Under the pieces are notes generated by a model, which searched no databases, had not been told where the DNA came from, and worked only from the letters and a program-made list of their open reading frames with translations. From Oscillospiraceae bacterium (GTDB taxonomy: Bacteria > Bacillota > Clostridia > Oscillospirales > WRJC01): a DNA stretch of 55,928 bases. The position numbers and the translations under genes are program-made. This document shows, in pieces, positions 43,995 to 53,088 of the stretch (its first letter is position 1; each line of letters opens with the position of its first letter). The stretch spans positions 1 through 55,928 of the forward strand of contig WRMA01000002.1 of assembly GCA_009777355.1 (NCBI GenBank), given 5' to 3'.

Positions 43995-45002
43995 ATGGAG
44001 AAACTGAAAAATTCGCGGCAGAAGACCCCGTTAGTAACGCATATTTTTACCGCCGACCCTTCGGCCCATGTGTTCGACGGTAAAATTTATATTTATCCCT
44101 CGCATGATTTAGACCTCGACGTTCCCGACGACGAAAACGGCGAACAATATCAAATGAAAGATTATCATGTACTGTCAATGGACGATATAGGCGCGCCCGT
44201 TACCGACTGCGGCTGCGCGCTGCATGTCGACGACGTTCCGTGGGCGAAAGGTCAGATGTGGGCTCCCGACGCGGCTTATAAAAACGGCAGATATTATTTT
44301 TATTTCCCCGCGAAAGACAAAGACGGGATATTCAGAATAGGCGCCGCGACAGGCGACAACCCCGAGGGGCCGTTTAAAGCCGAACCGGATTATATCCCCG
44401 GAACTTTCAGTATCGACCCGGCAATATTCGTCGACTGCGACGGCAGGGCGTATATTTATTTAGGCGGCATTTGGGGAGGACAGCTCGAAAAATGGCGTAC
44501 GGGAGTTTTCGACCCGAACGCTCCCCATCAGAACCCGAAAGGGGATTCTTTAGACAACGACCCCGCTATAGGAGTATATATCTCTGAATTGAACGACGAT
44601 ATGCTGACTTTAAAAGAGCCGTTAAGAGAAGTTAAGATACTCGGCGAAGATAATAAACCCCTGACTGTAGCAGACACAGACAAGAGATTTTTCGAAGCTC
44701 CCTGGATGCATAAATATAATAATAAATATTATCTGTCCTATTCTACCGGAGAAACGCATTATCTCTGCTATGCCGAAAGCGAGAGCCCGACCGGGCCGTT
44801 TAAATATAAAGGCAGGATTTTAGAACCCGTCAAAGGCTGGACGACGCATCAGTCTATTATAGAGTTCAAGAACAAATGGTATCTGTTTTATCACGACGCG
44901 GCGATTTCCGGGATAAGCCACCAGAGAAACGTCATGTTCAGAGAGCTTGAAATCGGCGAAGACGGAACTATTAAAACAATAAATCCTTATGACGGGGATT
45001 AA
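43995..45002 (+). CDS. GH43-family glycoside hydrolase (beta-xylosidase/arabinofuranosidase-like)
   Basis: FTADPSAHVFDGKIYIYPSHD, MWAPDAAYKNGRYYFYFPAKD, FSIDPAIFVD and FEAPWMHKYNNKYYLSYS are five-bladed-propeller motifs. Confidence 0.85.
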   Translation: MEKLKNSRQKTPLVTHIFTADPSAHVFDGKIYIYPSHDLDLDVPDDENGEQYQMKDYHVLSMDDIGAPVTDCGCALHVDDVPWAKGQMWAPDAAYKNGRYYFYFPAKDKDGIFRIGAATGDNPEGPFKAEPDYIPGTFSIDPAIFVDCDGRAYIYLGGIWGGQLEKWRTGVFDPNAPHQNPKGDSLDNDPAIGVYISELNDDMLTLKEPLREVKILGEDNKPLTVADTDKRFFEAPWMHKYNNKYYLSYSTGETHYLCYAESESPTGPFKYKGRILEPVKGWTTHQSIIEFKNKWYLFYHDAAISGISHQRNVMFRELEIGEDGTIKTINPYDGD

Positions 45003-45013
45003 ATCAAAATTAA

Positions 45014-45213
45014 CAGACTTCTTGCATAACTTAAAAATCTGCAGAGAAAGCCCTCTTTTTTAAAGAGGGTGGCAGTCGCGTAAGCGGCTGACGGGTGTTT
45101 CGTACCCAAAGCCCCCTTTGTAAAAGGGGGCTAAACACTCGCCGTCTGCGGACGGCACCCTCTTTACGAAAGAGGGCAAGGAAATTAGATTTCGTAGTTA
45201 TGCAAGAAGTCTA
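45014..45213. mobile_element. Palindromic element, family 3 core with family-1-like termini
   Basis: The termini are (C)AGACTTCTTGCATAACT and AGTTATGCAAGAAGTCTA. The core carries GCCCTCTTttttaAAGAGGGT, GCGTAAGCGGCTGACGGGTG, GCCCCCTTTgtaAAAGGGGGC and CGCCGTCTGCGGACGGCACCCTCTTTacgAAAGAGGG. Confidence 0.6.
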
Positions 45214-45248
45214 ACAAATAAAAAAATAAATACGGGAGAAGAAATATT

Positions 45249-46415
45249 ATGAAAGAAATATTATCACGGCGCGAACGGGTCATGCGAGCGGTCGAACGCA
45301 GGCCAGTCGACAGAACCCCGATTGACCTCGGAGTTCACTATTCCACCGGTATTTCGGCTTACGCTTACCAGAATCTTCGCGAATATTTAAACATGCCGAA
45401 GAAAAAAATCGAAGTAATCGACAGTTTTCAGTTTCTCGCAAGGGTAGACGAAGATATCCTCGAGAGATTTCACTGCGACTGTATGCTGTTTCACCCCGGT
45501 TATCCCACTACGAAAACATGGCGTCCGCGTGAACACTACGAATTTGAGATTTCGGGAGCGATTAACCCGACCCTCGAGGACGACGGCGCGTGGATTTTTT
45601 CGGGGAACGACGAAAATAACCCCGGACGAATGAAAAGTCCGGCGGGGGGATATTTTTTCGACGGCTGGGGATTCGACACGTGGGCGAGCAGTCTTGATTT
45701 CAACACGGAAGTCGCGAAGTACGCCGAGAAAATATACAAAGAAACGGATTATTTTACGCTTTACGTCGGCGGAGGCAGCGGATATTTTTCGGACAATCCG
45801 GATTATCTGGTTAAATTAATGCTCGAACCCGAAGAAATAAAAAAAGACTGCGAGAATCAATATAACTGGAGTATAAAATCGACGGCCGATATAATAGAAA
45901 AATGCGGGGGATATATCCAGGGATTATGCCTCGGGTCTGATTTGGGAACGCAGACTGCGGCTTTCGTGAACCCGAAGATTTACGCCGATTTAATCGCGCC
46001 GCAGCTTAAAAAATACATAGATTTCGTTAAGGCAAATTCAGACTATAAAATCTTTTTTCATTCGTGCGGAGCGATGGAGCCGTTTATTCAGATATTAATA
46101 GAGTGCGGGGTCGATATTTTAAACCCGGTTCAGGTGAGCTGCAAAAACATGGAGCCGTTCGAACTGAAGAAAAAATACGGGGATAAAATATGCTTCTGGG
46201 GAGGAGGCTGCGACACTCACGGAGCGTTCGGCAAACCAACGGGAACACCCGGAGAAGTCGCGGAAAACGTAAGATATCTGATGTCCGCTCTCGCGCCGTC
46301 AAGCGGATTTGTGTTCAATCAGGTGCATAATATAATGGGCGACGTCAAACCGGAAAATATAGTCGCGATGCTCGATACCGCATACGAAGAGAGTTTCAAA
46401 TACGGGAATCTATAA
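45249..46415 (+). CDS. Uroporphyrinogen-decarboxylase (URO-D) family protein, MtaA/CmuA-like
   Basis: It is 388 aa. The N-terminus RRERVMRAVERRPVDRTPIDLG and the overall layout resemble URO-D-family methyltransferase-like proteins. A GGGAGAAG RBS is present. Confidence 0.65.
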   Translation: MKEILSRRERVMRAVERRPVDRTPIDLGVHYSTGISAYAYQNLREYLNMPKKKIEVIDSFQFLARVDEDILERFHCDCMLFHPGYPTTKTWRPREHYEFEISGAINPTLEDDGAWIFSGNDENNPGRMKSPAGGYFFDGWGFDTWASSLDFNTEVAKYAEKIYKETDYFTLYVGGGSGYFSDNPDYLVKLMLEPEEIKKDCENQYNWSIKSTADIIEKCGGYIQGLCLGSDLGTQTAAFVNPKIYADLIAPQLKKYIDFVKANSDYKIFFHSCGAMEPFIQILIECGVDILNPVQVSCKNMEPFELKKKYGDKICFWGGGCDTHGAFGKPTGTPGEVAENVRYLMSALAPSSGFVFNQVHNIMGDVKPENIVAMLDTAYEESFKYGNL

Positions 46416-46487
46416 ATTTACCCAAAATTAATAAATAAATCATATAATTACAATAATTGCGATAATATTTATGTTATAATATTATAT

Positions 46488-46653
46488 TAGACTTCTTGAA
46501 AAACCGAGATACGACCACCCCGCCGTCTGCGGACGGCACCCCTCCACAGAGGGGAATGAGTAAGAAAACGCCGGAGCAGAGTGGAAATTCCCCTCCGTGG
46601 AGGGGTGGCGCGACGCGTAAGCGGCGTGACGGGGTGGTTTTGAAAGAAGTCCA
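46488..46653. mobile_element. Palindromic element, family 2
   Basis: TAGACTTCTTGAAAAAC...GACCACCCCGCCGTCTGCGGACGGCACCCCTCCacaGAGGGG...CCCCTCCgtGGAGGGGTGGCGCGACGCGTAAGCGGCGTGACGGGGTGGTTTTGAAAGAAGTCCA. Confidence 0.65.
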
Positions 46654-46691
46654 TTGAATAAATAAAGAAAAGAAGAGGGGGAATATATAAA

Positions 46692-48812
46692 ATGGACCGC
46701 AGCGTTCGTCTTGCGACGACTTATTACCGTAATTTCGTTCTGCTCGTCGTTCTTCCCCTTCTGGTTACTATAGGACTCGCTCTCTGGTTTCTCCGGGGGA
46801 ATACCCTCGATTCTTCCGTCGATAAAATAGAGCTCGCGCAGCATAATATAATAGCCGCGCTGATAAGCGACGTCGAAAACGCGGTCCTGCAGTTCGGTCA
46901 TCTTCTGGAAACCGGAGGAGGACGTCTCCAGGAATTATCTTCGCGGGTTTTTGCGGCTTCCGGGCAGGAAAGGGACGAAGCTATGGCTGAACTTCTCGAG
47001 TTTTACGAGCTTATTTCCCCTCCCGGATTAAAAAATATCGCCGCCGTTCATTTCTACGCGAAGAACGCAAGCTATTTTAACATAAAAGCTCCCGTGGGCG
47101 AGAATACCAGAATAAGAACTATACGCGCGTCTCAGTTTTACGCCGAAACGCTTAAACAGCCCGGAAAAGTCCATATCGGACTTACCGGAGGAGATATCGT
47201 ACAACAGGAAAGGACGTCGTTCGACGGCGACGGCTATGCTCCGCCCCTTATAACGGTCTCTTACGCGCCCCTCCCGAAAGACTTGGAAGCTGAGAGTGAG
47301 GACGGGAGTATTAATAGTGACGAAGACCTGACTGAATTAATCTGCTTTTACATCACGACCCGGGCGTATGAAATGCTCCGAAATTTCGGAAACGAACCGG
47401 GTCAGGGCGATATTTATCTGATAGACGAGCGCAGGGAAATTATTATGACCTCCGCTTTAGGACATATGGGCGAGGTTAATCTGCCGGATAATATACCCTG
47501 GACGAGCAGGACTTACTCGGCCGTTATCGACGGAGGCCAGTATTCGTGTATCGTACGGGTAATAGAGGACGATTATCTTAACATAAACTGGAAACTTGTC
47601 AGCATAGTCGGATACGGCGCGCTTCTCGCGGACTTCAACCGGATTGCTCTCGTCGTCGCCGGCATCAGCATATTGCTGTTTATCCTGTATTTTATATTCT
47701 CCGCGAGATTCCTGAAAAATATCGTCAGACCCTTGCACAGTTTAATTTCAGGCATGGAAAAAATGGAGCAGCAGACCGGAAAAGGCGATTTAGCGGTATA
47801 CGTCGAACTCAGCGGACAGCGCGAGATGAGGGAGCTTATAGGTTCTTTCAACGAGATGACGTCGCACATAGGCGACCTTATGCGTATAAAAGAAGGCATA
47901 TTCAAAGCGTCTCCCGTCGGTCTGATAATGTTCGGCGGCGAGTATAATATTATCGACTGCAACGAGACCCTGCTGGAAATGTTCGGAGTCGCCAAAAGCT
48001 ATTATTTCAGTAATTATGATAAATTCTCTCCGGAATACCAGCCGGACGGCTCGAACTCGAAAGATAAGTTCGGGGAGATTATGAAGCGCGCCCTGAACGG
48101 AGAGGAAGTCGTGACCGAATGGCTGTTCAGGAGCGGCGAGACCGGCGGCGGAGAGTCGGCGATACCCTGCGAGATTACGCTTTCCCGGACGGAAATGGGA
48201 GGGAAATATACCGGGCTGGGTTTCGTATACGACCTCCGCAGCATAAAGAGCATGGAGAATAATATACGCTTTCTCGAATCTGAGGTCGATAAGATAAATT
48301 ACGACGCGCTTACCGGGATTTATAACAGACGCTATTACGACAAGCAATTAGAGCTCGTTATAAAATCCCTTTCCAGGGCGGGAGGTACGCTCAGCCTTAT
48401 GATGATTGACGTGGACTGTTTTAAGCAGTACAACGACCAATACGGCCACAGCCAGGGCGACGACTGCCTGAGAGCCGTCGCGAAAACCCTCAAAGAAACC
48501 GTTACGAGAGCGGACGATTTCGCCGTCAGATACGGCGGCGAGGAATTTTCGGTCGTCCTGCCCAACACGGACGAAAAAGGCGCGGGGATAATCGCCGGGG
48601 AAATCCTCGAAAACATACGCAAACTGAATATTATCCACGAATACACGAAAGTCGAGGGAGTAAATTACATAACCGTTTCGATAGGCGTAACGACTGGAGT
48701 CGTCGGCCGCTCCCATAAAAGCGGCGATTACATAAAGCGCGCCGACGCAATGCTGTATCACGCGAAACACTCCGGACGAAACAGATACGCTTCCGGTCCG
48801 GTACGGGAATAA
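46692..48812 (+). CDS. Membrane sensor diguanylate cyclase (periplasmic sensor - HAMP - PAS - GGDEF)
   Basis: Two TM segments flank an extracytoplasmic domain of about 270 aa. A HAMP-like linker and a PAS-like region (FKASPVGLIMF) follow. The GGDEF domain has YGGEEF and an RxxD I-site (RADD) 5 residues upstream. Confidence 0.85.
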   Translation: MDRSVRLATTYYRNFVLLVVLPLLVTIGLALWFLRGNTLDSSVDKIELAQHNIIAALISDVENAVLQFGHLLETGGGRLQELSSRVFAASGQERDEAMAELLEFYELISPPGLKNIAAVHFYAKNASYFNIKAPVGENTRIRTIRASQFYAETLKQPGKVHIGLTGGDIVQQERTSFDGDGYAPPLITVSYAPLPKDLEAESEDGSINSDEDLTELICFYITTRAYEMLRNFGNEPGQGDIYLIDERREIIMTSALGHMGEVNLPDNIPWTSRTYSAVIDGGQYSCIVRVIEDDYLNINWKLVSIVGYGALLADFNRIALVVAGISILLFILYFIFSARFLKNIVRPLHSLISGMEKMEQQTGKGDLAVYVELSGQREMRELIGSFNEMTSHIGDLMRIKEGIFKASPVGLIMFGGEYNIIDCNETLLEMFGVAKSYYFSNYDKFSPEYQPDGSNSKDKFGEIMKRALNGEEVVTEWLFRSGETGGGESAIPCEITLSRTEMGGKYTGLGFVYDLRSIKSMENNIRFLESEVDKINYDALTGIYNRRYYDKQLELVIKSLSRAGGTLSLMMIDVDCFKQYNDQYGHSQGDDCLRAVAKTLKETVTRADDFAVRYGGEEFSVVLPNTDEKGAGIIAGEILENIRKLNIIHEYTKVEGVNYITVSIGVTTGVVGRSHKSGDYIKRADAMLYHAKHSGRNRYASGPVRE

Positions 48813-48866
48813 TATACCTCCTGCGAAATCACGTTATACCAAATCGCGAAAAAAATAAACATTTAT

Positions 48867-49029
48867 TAGACCTCTTTCAAAACTGAAATACGACCACCCC
48901 GCCGTCTGCGGACGGCACCCCTCCACGGAGGGGAATTAATAAAACGGCGGAGTTGAGTGAAAATTCCCCTCTGGGGAGGGGTGGCGCGCCGCGTAAGCGG
49001 CGTGACGGGGTGGTTTTGAAAGAAGTCCA
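48867..49029. mobile_element. Palindromic element, family 2
   Basis: TAGACCTCTTTCAAAAC ... GTTTTGAAAGAAGTCCA has the same block order as the 33903 and 46488 copies. A family-1 core follows directly. Confidence 0.65.
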
Positions 49030-49031
49030 TT

Positions 49032-49111
49032 GTAGGGGCGGCCATTGGCCGTCCGTCTGAAAAACGTCAAAATCATATTAGATTTTGCGGACGCGCAATG
49101 CGCGCCCCTAC
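49032..49111. repeat. REPIN-like doublet (family-1 core without TIRs)
   Basis: GTAGGGGCGGCCattGGCCGTCCG ... CGGACGCGCaatGCGCGCCCCTAC. Confidence 0.7.
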
Positions 49112-49118
49112 AATAACA

Positions 49119-49152
49119 CAAAAAAGGCGCGGCAGTAATAATTGCCGCGCCC
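49119..49152 (-). terminator. Intrinsic terminator of the PEPCK gene
   Basis: On the minus strand, GGCGCGGCAattattacTGCCGCGCC is followed by TTTTT. Confidence 0.8.
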
Positions 49153-49176
49153 CGTTATATTAATTTTTAATTAATT

Positions 49177-50976
49177 TTAAGAGAGTCTTTTTTCGAGGGC
49201 GTCGAGCTGTTCGGAGAGCTCTTCGGGAAGTCTGTCCCCGAATTTTTTATAGTTTTCTTTGATTGAAACGATTTCTTCGAGCCACGACGCTTTGTCTACG
49301 TCAAGGATTTTCGCCAGAGACTCTTCGCTGATTTTGTCTTCTATGCCGCAGAGGTCAATCGCTCCCGGCGCGGGAAGATTGCCTATGGGGGTTTCGACCG
49401 CTTCGCCGATTCCCGAAAGTCTCTCTACTATCCATTTGAGGACGCGGCTGTTTTCGCCGAACCCGGGCCATATAAACTTATCGTTCTCGTCTTTTCTGAA
49501 CCAGTTGACGAAATATATTTTAGGCAGTTTGCCGGAGTCTGATTTTTTGCCGGTATTAAGCCAGTGCTGTAAATAATCCCCTGTGTGATAACCCATAAAC
49601 GGAAGCATCGCGAACGGGTCGCGGCGTACTCCCGCGGCGAGTCCGATAGCCGCGGCCGTAGTCTCCGAACCCATAATAGAACCCAGAAATACCCCGTGAT
49701 TCCAGTCGAGGCTCTCGTTTACCAGCGGAATCGTTCCCCCTCTGCGTCCGCCGATTAGAATCGCCGAAATCGGCACTCCCGCGGGGTCTTCCCATTCGGG
49801 CGCTATAGACGGGCACTGCGCGGCGGGGCTCGTGAAGCGCGCGTTCGCGTGGGCGGCCGGTCTGCCGCAGTCCGGAGTCCAGTCGTTGCCCTCCCAGTCG
49901 ATTAGATGCTCCGGCGCGGGGATTCCGCCGCCCTCCCACCATACGTCTCCGTCGTCCGTGAGTCCGACGTTCGTAAATATAGTATCCCTCTCTATTTGTT
50001 TCATCGCGTTGGGATTAGACTGCGCCGAAGTTCCCGGAACTACGCCGAAAAATCCGGCTTCGGGATTAATCGCGTAAAGCCTGCCGTCCTCGCCGAACTT
50101 CATCCACGCGATATCGTCGCCTATAGTCTCGACTTTCCAGCCCGGAAGCGTCGGGACGACCATCGCGAGATTCGTTTTGCCGCAGAAACTCGGCAGCGCG
50201 CCGCATATATAATAAACTTTTCCGGCGGGGTCGGTAATTTTAAGTATAAGCATATGCTCGGCGAGCCAGCCTTCGTCTCTCGCCTGTACTCCGGCGATTC
50301 TCAGAGCGAAGCATTTTTTGCCGAGGAGCGCGTTTCCGCCGTATCCCGAACCGTAAGACCAAATCGTTCTCTCTTCGGGGAAATGGCTTATATATTTCTG
50401 GTCAATCGACGGGGCGCACGGCCACGACGAATCTTTTTCGCCGTCATTGAGAGGTTTGCCGACCGAGTGTATGCACCTGACGAACTCGCCGTCAGCCCCG
50501 AGAGCGCCGAGAACTTTTTCGCCGATTCTCGTCATAATCGCCATGTTTATTACGACGTACGGGCTGTCGCTTATTTCGACGCCGATTTTCGAGATGGGCG
50601 AACCAATCGGACCCATCGAAAACGGTATAACGTACATGACTCTGCCTTTCATGCAGCCGTCGTAAAGTTTTCTCATATCCGCCTTTAATTCCTCGGGGTC
50701 GACCCAGTTGCAGTCAGGGCCCGCGTCCTCCTGTTTTTTCGACGCTATAAAAGTCCTGTTTTCGACCCGCGCGACGTCCGACGGGTGACTCCTGAAAAGA
50801 AAACAGCCCGGACGTTTTTCGGGATTGAGCGCCGTAGCCAGACCCGCGTCAATCATAATCTGCAGCATTTTATTATATTCTTCTTTCGAGCCGTCGGCGA
50901 TATGAACGCTGTCGGGCTTGCACATTTCCCTTACTTCTTCTATCCATGCGGCGAGTTCTTTGTGTTTCAAATTCAT
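49177..50976 (-). CDS. pckG: Phosphoenolpyruvate carboxykinase (GTP)
   Basis: It is 599 aa. [37 protein letters not shown] and FFGVVPGTS are GTP-PEPCK signatures. Confidence 0.95.
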   Translation of the reverse strand: MNLKHKELAAWIEEVREMCKPDSVHIADGSKEEYNKMLQIMIDAGLATALNPEKRPGCFLFRSHPSDVARVENRTFIASKKQEDAGPDCNWVDPEELKADMRKLYDGCMKGRVMYVIPFSMGPIGSPISKIGVEISDSPYVVINMAIMTRIGEKVLGALGADGEFVRCIHSVGKPLNDGEKDSSWPCAPSIDQKYISHFPEERTIWSYGSGYGGNALLGKKCFALRIAGVQARDEGWLAEHMLILKITDPAGKVYYICGALPSFCGKTNLAMVVPTLPGWKVETIGDDIAWMKFGEDGRLYAINPEAGFFGVVPGTSAQSNPNAMKQIERDTIFTNVGLTDDGDVWWEGGGIPAPEHLIDWEGNDWTPDCGRPAAHANARFTSPAAQCPSIAPEWEDPAGVPISAILIGGRRGGTIPLVNESLDWNHGVFLGSIMGSETTAAAIGLAAGVRRDPFAMLPFMGYHTGDYLQHWLNTGKKSDSGKLPKIYFVNWFRKDENDKFIWPGFGENSRVLKWIVERLSGIGEAVETPIGNLPAPGAIDLCGIEDKISEESLAKILDVDKASWLEEIVSIKENYKKFGDRLPEELSEQLDALEKRLS

Positions 50977-51091
50977 CTTTACTTACTCTCCTTATTCAAC
51001 CTTAAAAAAATTATTAATATTATATATTATATTATTAAGGCTTGCTTGTCAATAGGCAAAAGTGAATTTTTTATTAATATTTCTATAATAT

Positions 51092-51904
51092 TTATTTCTT
51101 ATTTCCCGAACGTTTCGTTTTGTTCTTCGCTTTTTTCTGTTCTTCGCGGCACATTCTTTTAAGCTCGTTCAGCGCGTCCGAAAGACCGCCTATTTTATTA
51201 ATCAAGCCCGTTTCGACGGCCGTCTCGCCCTCTATGATACTTCCGACGTCGGCGGCAAGCTCGCCCGTGCTGAACATAAACTCCGTTAATTTTTCCTCGC
51301 TTATATCAGAATGGCGCACTATAAATTTATTTATCCTCTCCTGCATTTTGGTAAAATAAGAAAAACTCTGTTCGACGCCTATGACAAGGCCGTTCATTCT
51401 TACGGGGTGGACGGTCATCGTCGCGCTGGGGACTATAAACGATTTTCTCGCGGACACGGCGAGAGGCACGCCGATTGAGTGGCCTCCTCCGAGAACGAGA
51501 GACACAGTCGGTTTTTTCATCGACGCGAGCATTTCGGCTATCGCGAGACCCGCCTCGACGTCTCCTCCGACCGTGTTTAAAATAATAAGCAGACCGTCGG
51601 TTTCGGGGTTTTCCTCTATCGCGACGAGATGGGGTATAATATGCTCGTATTTGGTCGTCTTATTATTCGACGGCAGAAGATAATGACCCTCTACCTGACC
51701 TATAATAGTAAGACTGTTTACGCTTACCCCGCCTTCTTTCGTGGCAATTATACCGGTCTGGTTTATATTATTAATCTGCGTTTCCCTGGTCTGCTCCTCC
51801 GTTAAATCCCCGTTTTCCGTTTCCGTATCGGTTTCAGAGGGAATATCGGGAATAAAATCCTGATTTTTAAAACTATTATATTTTTTATTTTTATTTTTCG
51901 GCAT
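51092..51904 (-). CDS. tepA: ClpP-fold protein, TepA-like
   Basis: IIGQVEGH......[65 protein letters not shown] is typical of the TepA/ClpP class. Confidence 0.7.
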   Translation of the reverse strand: MPKNKNKKYNSFKNQDFIPDIPSETDTETENGDLTEEQTRETQINNINQTGIIATKEGGVSVNSLTIIGQVEGHYLLPSNNKTTKYEHIIPHLVAIEENPETDGLLIILNTVGGDVEAGLAIAEMLASMKKPTVSLVLGGGHSIGVPLAVSARKSFIVPSATMTVHPVRMNGLVIGVEQSFSYFTKMQERINKFIVRHSDISEEKLTEFMFSTGELAADVGSIIEGETAVETGLINKIGGLSDALNELKRMCREEQKKAKNKTKRSGNKK

Positions 51905-52017
51905 GATTTAATATCCTCTTGAATTTTCATTAATATATATTTTTATATATATTATTTGTTCTTTGCCGAAAAATTATTTATATTTTAAAAATACTAATAC
52001 CAAATTGCAATTAAAAT

Positions 52018-52337
52018 GTAGGGCGCGGCGACCCCGACGCGCCGCCGTTAAAAACTACAAGTTACGCAACCGGTTTAAATCTGCTCCAAAGCCCTCTTTT
52101 TTAAAGAGGGTGGCAGTCGCGTAAGCGGCTGACGGGTGTTTTTGAAATTTGATGCTGCGCGAGGGGAGACAAAAACACCCGCCGTCTGCGGACGGCACCC
52201 TCTTTACGAAAGAGGGCAAAGATGGTAAATACGTCGAGCGCGTAACTCGTGAAAACCAACGTAAATTCGCATCGCGCCGTAAAAAACCGCCGGCATTGGG
52301 TTGGAATCCCCGGCGCGTCGGGGGCGCCGCGCCCTAC
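52018..52337. repeat. Composite: family-3 element (52061-52246) nested inside a REPIN-like doublet
   Basis: The outer pair is GTAGGGCGCGGCGaccccgaCGCGCCGCC (52018-52046) and its inverted copy (52311-52337). The inner element runs from GTTACGC... to ...GCGTAAC. The spacer motif GAAAACCAACGTAAATT matches the family-1 spacer AAAACCAACGTAATTT at 23181. Confidence 0.65.
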
Positions 52338-52357
52338 ATGACAAACATCGACAAGGT

Positions 52358-53041
52358 TTATATAGTATAATATCCCGCCAATTCAAGCGGCTGCAGCCAT
52401 ACGCCGTCTTTATAGACCCGGACGTTTCCGGGAGATATTTCGTCTATGAGAGAAATTTCCCCGTCTATTTTCCCGAACTCGAGCTTTAAATCATATAGTT
52501 CGAGATTTTTTTCAGCCATGTCGTCTTTGATTATCGCCGCGATTTTTTTAGTCAGCGATTTTAAGATTTCATACTCGTCAAATTTAAGTATGTTTAATTC
52601 GCAGAGCGCGTCTTTCGTTATGGGAGGGTCGCCTTTTTCGTCGTCTTTGAGCGTCGTCTCGACGAGAGCGTCAAGGTTCATGCCCTCTTCGCAGTAGTTT
52701 TTATAGCGCCTGTAGAAACTGCCGACGGCTTTAAATCTGCAAATCACTTCGAGAGCGGGTCCGTTTCCGAAAAATTCCGCAGGTTTGACTTTCATTTCGG
52801 CTTTATTTAAATCGGCGGATAAAAAATGCGTGGGAACGCCTTTTTTATTCAGCAAATCAAAATAATAAGCGGTCATTTTAAGCGAAGCCCTGCCGAGTCC
52901 GTCGATTGTCAGCCCGACTGAGTTCTCCCCCGGGTCAAACACCCCGTCTTTTCCCGTAGCGTCGTCTTTGAGCTTCAATAAATAATTCCCGTCGTCAAGA
53001 TTATAAACGTCTTTCGTTTTGCCTTTGTAAATCAATTTCAT
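52358..53041 (-). CDS. purC: Phosphoribosylaminoimidazole-succinocarboxamide (SAICAR) synthase
   Basis: MKLIYKGKTKDVY...LKDD.TGKDG.FDPGEN... and LIDEISPG are PurC signatures. Length is 227 aa. Confidence 0.9.
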   Translation of the reverse strand: MKLIYKGKTKDVYNLDDGNYLLKLKDDATGKDGVFDPGENSVGLTIDGLGRASLKMTAYYFDLLNKKGVPTHFLSADLNKAEMKVKPAEFFGNGPALEVICRFKAVGSFYRRYKNYCEEGMNLDALVETTLKDDEKGDPPITKDALCELNILKFDEYEILKSLTKKIAAIIKDDMAEKNLELYDLKLEFGKIDGEISLIDEISPGNVRVYKDGVWLQPLELAGYYTI

Positions 53042-53088
53042 TTTAATTTTTCCCCCTCTTAAAAAATCTTATAATTTTATATCTTATA

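Noticed and set aside
46482-46901. 139-aa minus-strand ORF, and the related ORFs 48936-49121, 29358-29543, 52149-52370, 52204-52386, 30013-30546 and 27498-27698.
   Set aside because: They are translations of the palindromic repeat elements. The same peptides (PPRHAAYA.RHPS.EGNFHS, PPSADGTLFTKEGK, ANGRPY) recur wherever the DNA repeat recurs. They have no RBS and overlap real genes or spacers.
23026-52337. The possibility that the recurring GC hairpins form a CRISPR array.
   Set aside because: The spacing is irregular, the copies occur in both orientations, the repeat sequences are heterogeneous, and they are scattered over 30 kb between genes. There are no cas genes.
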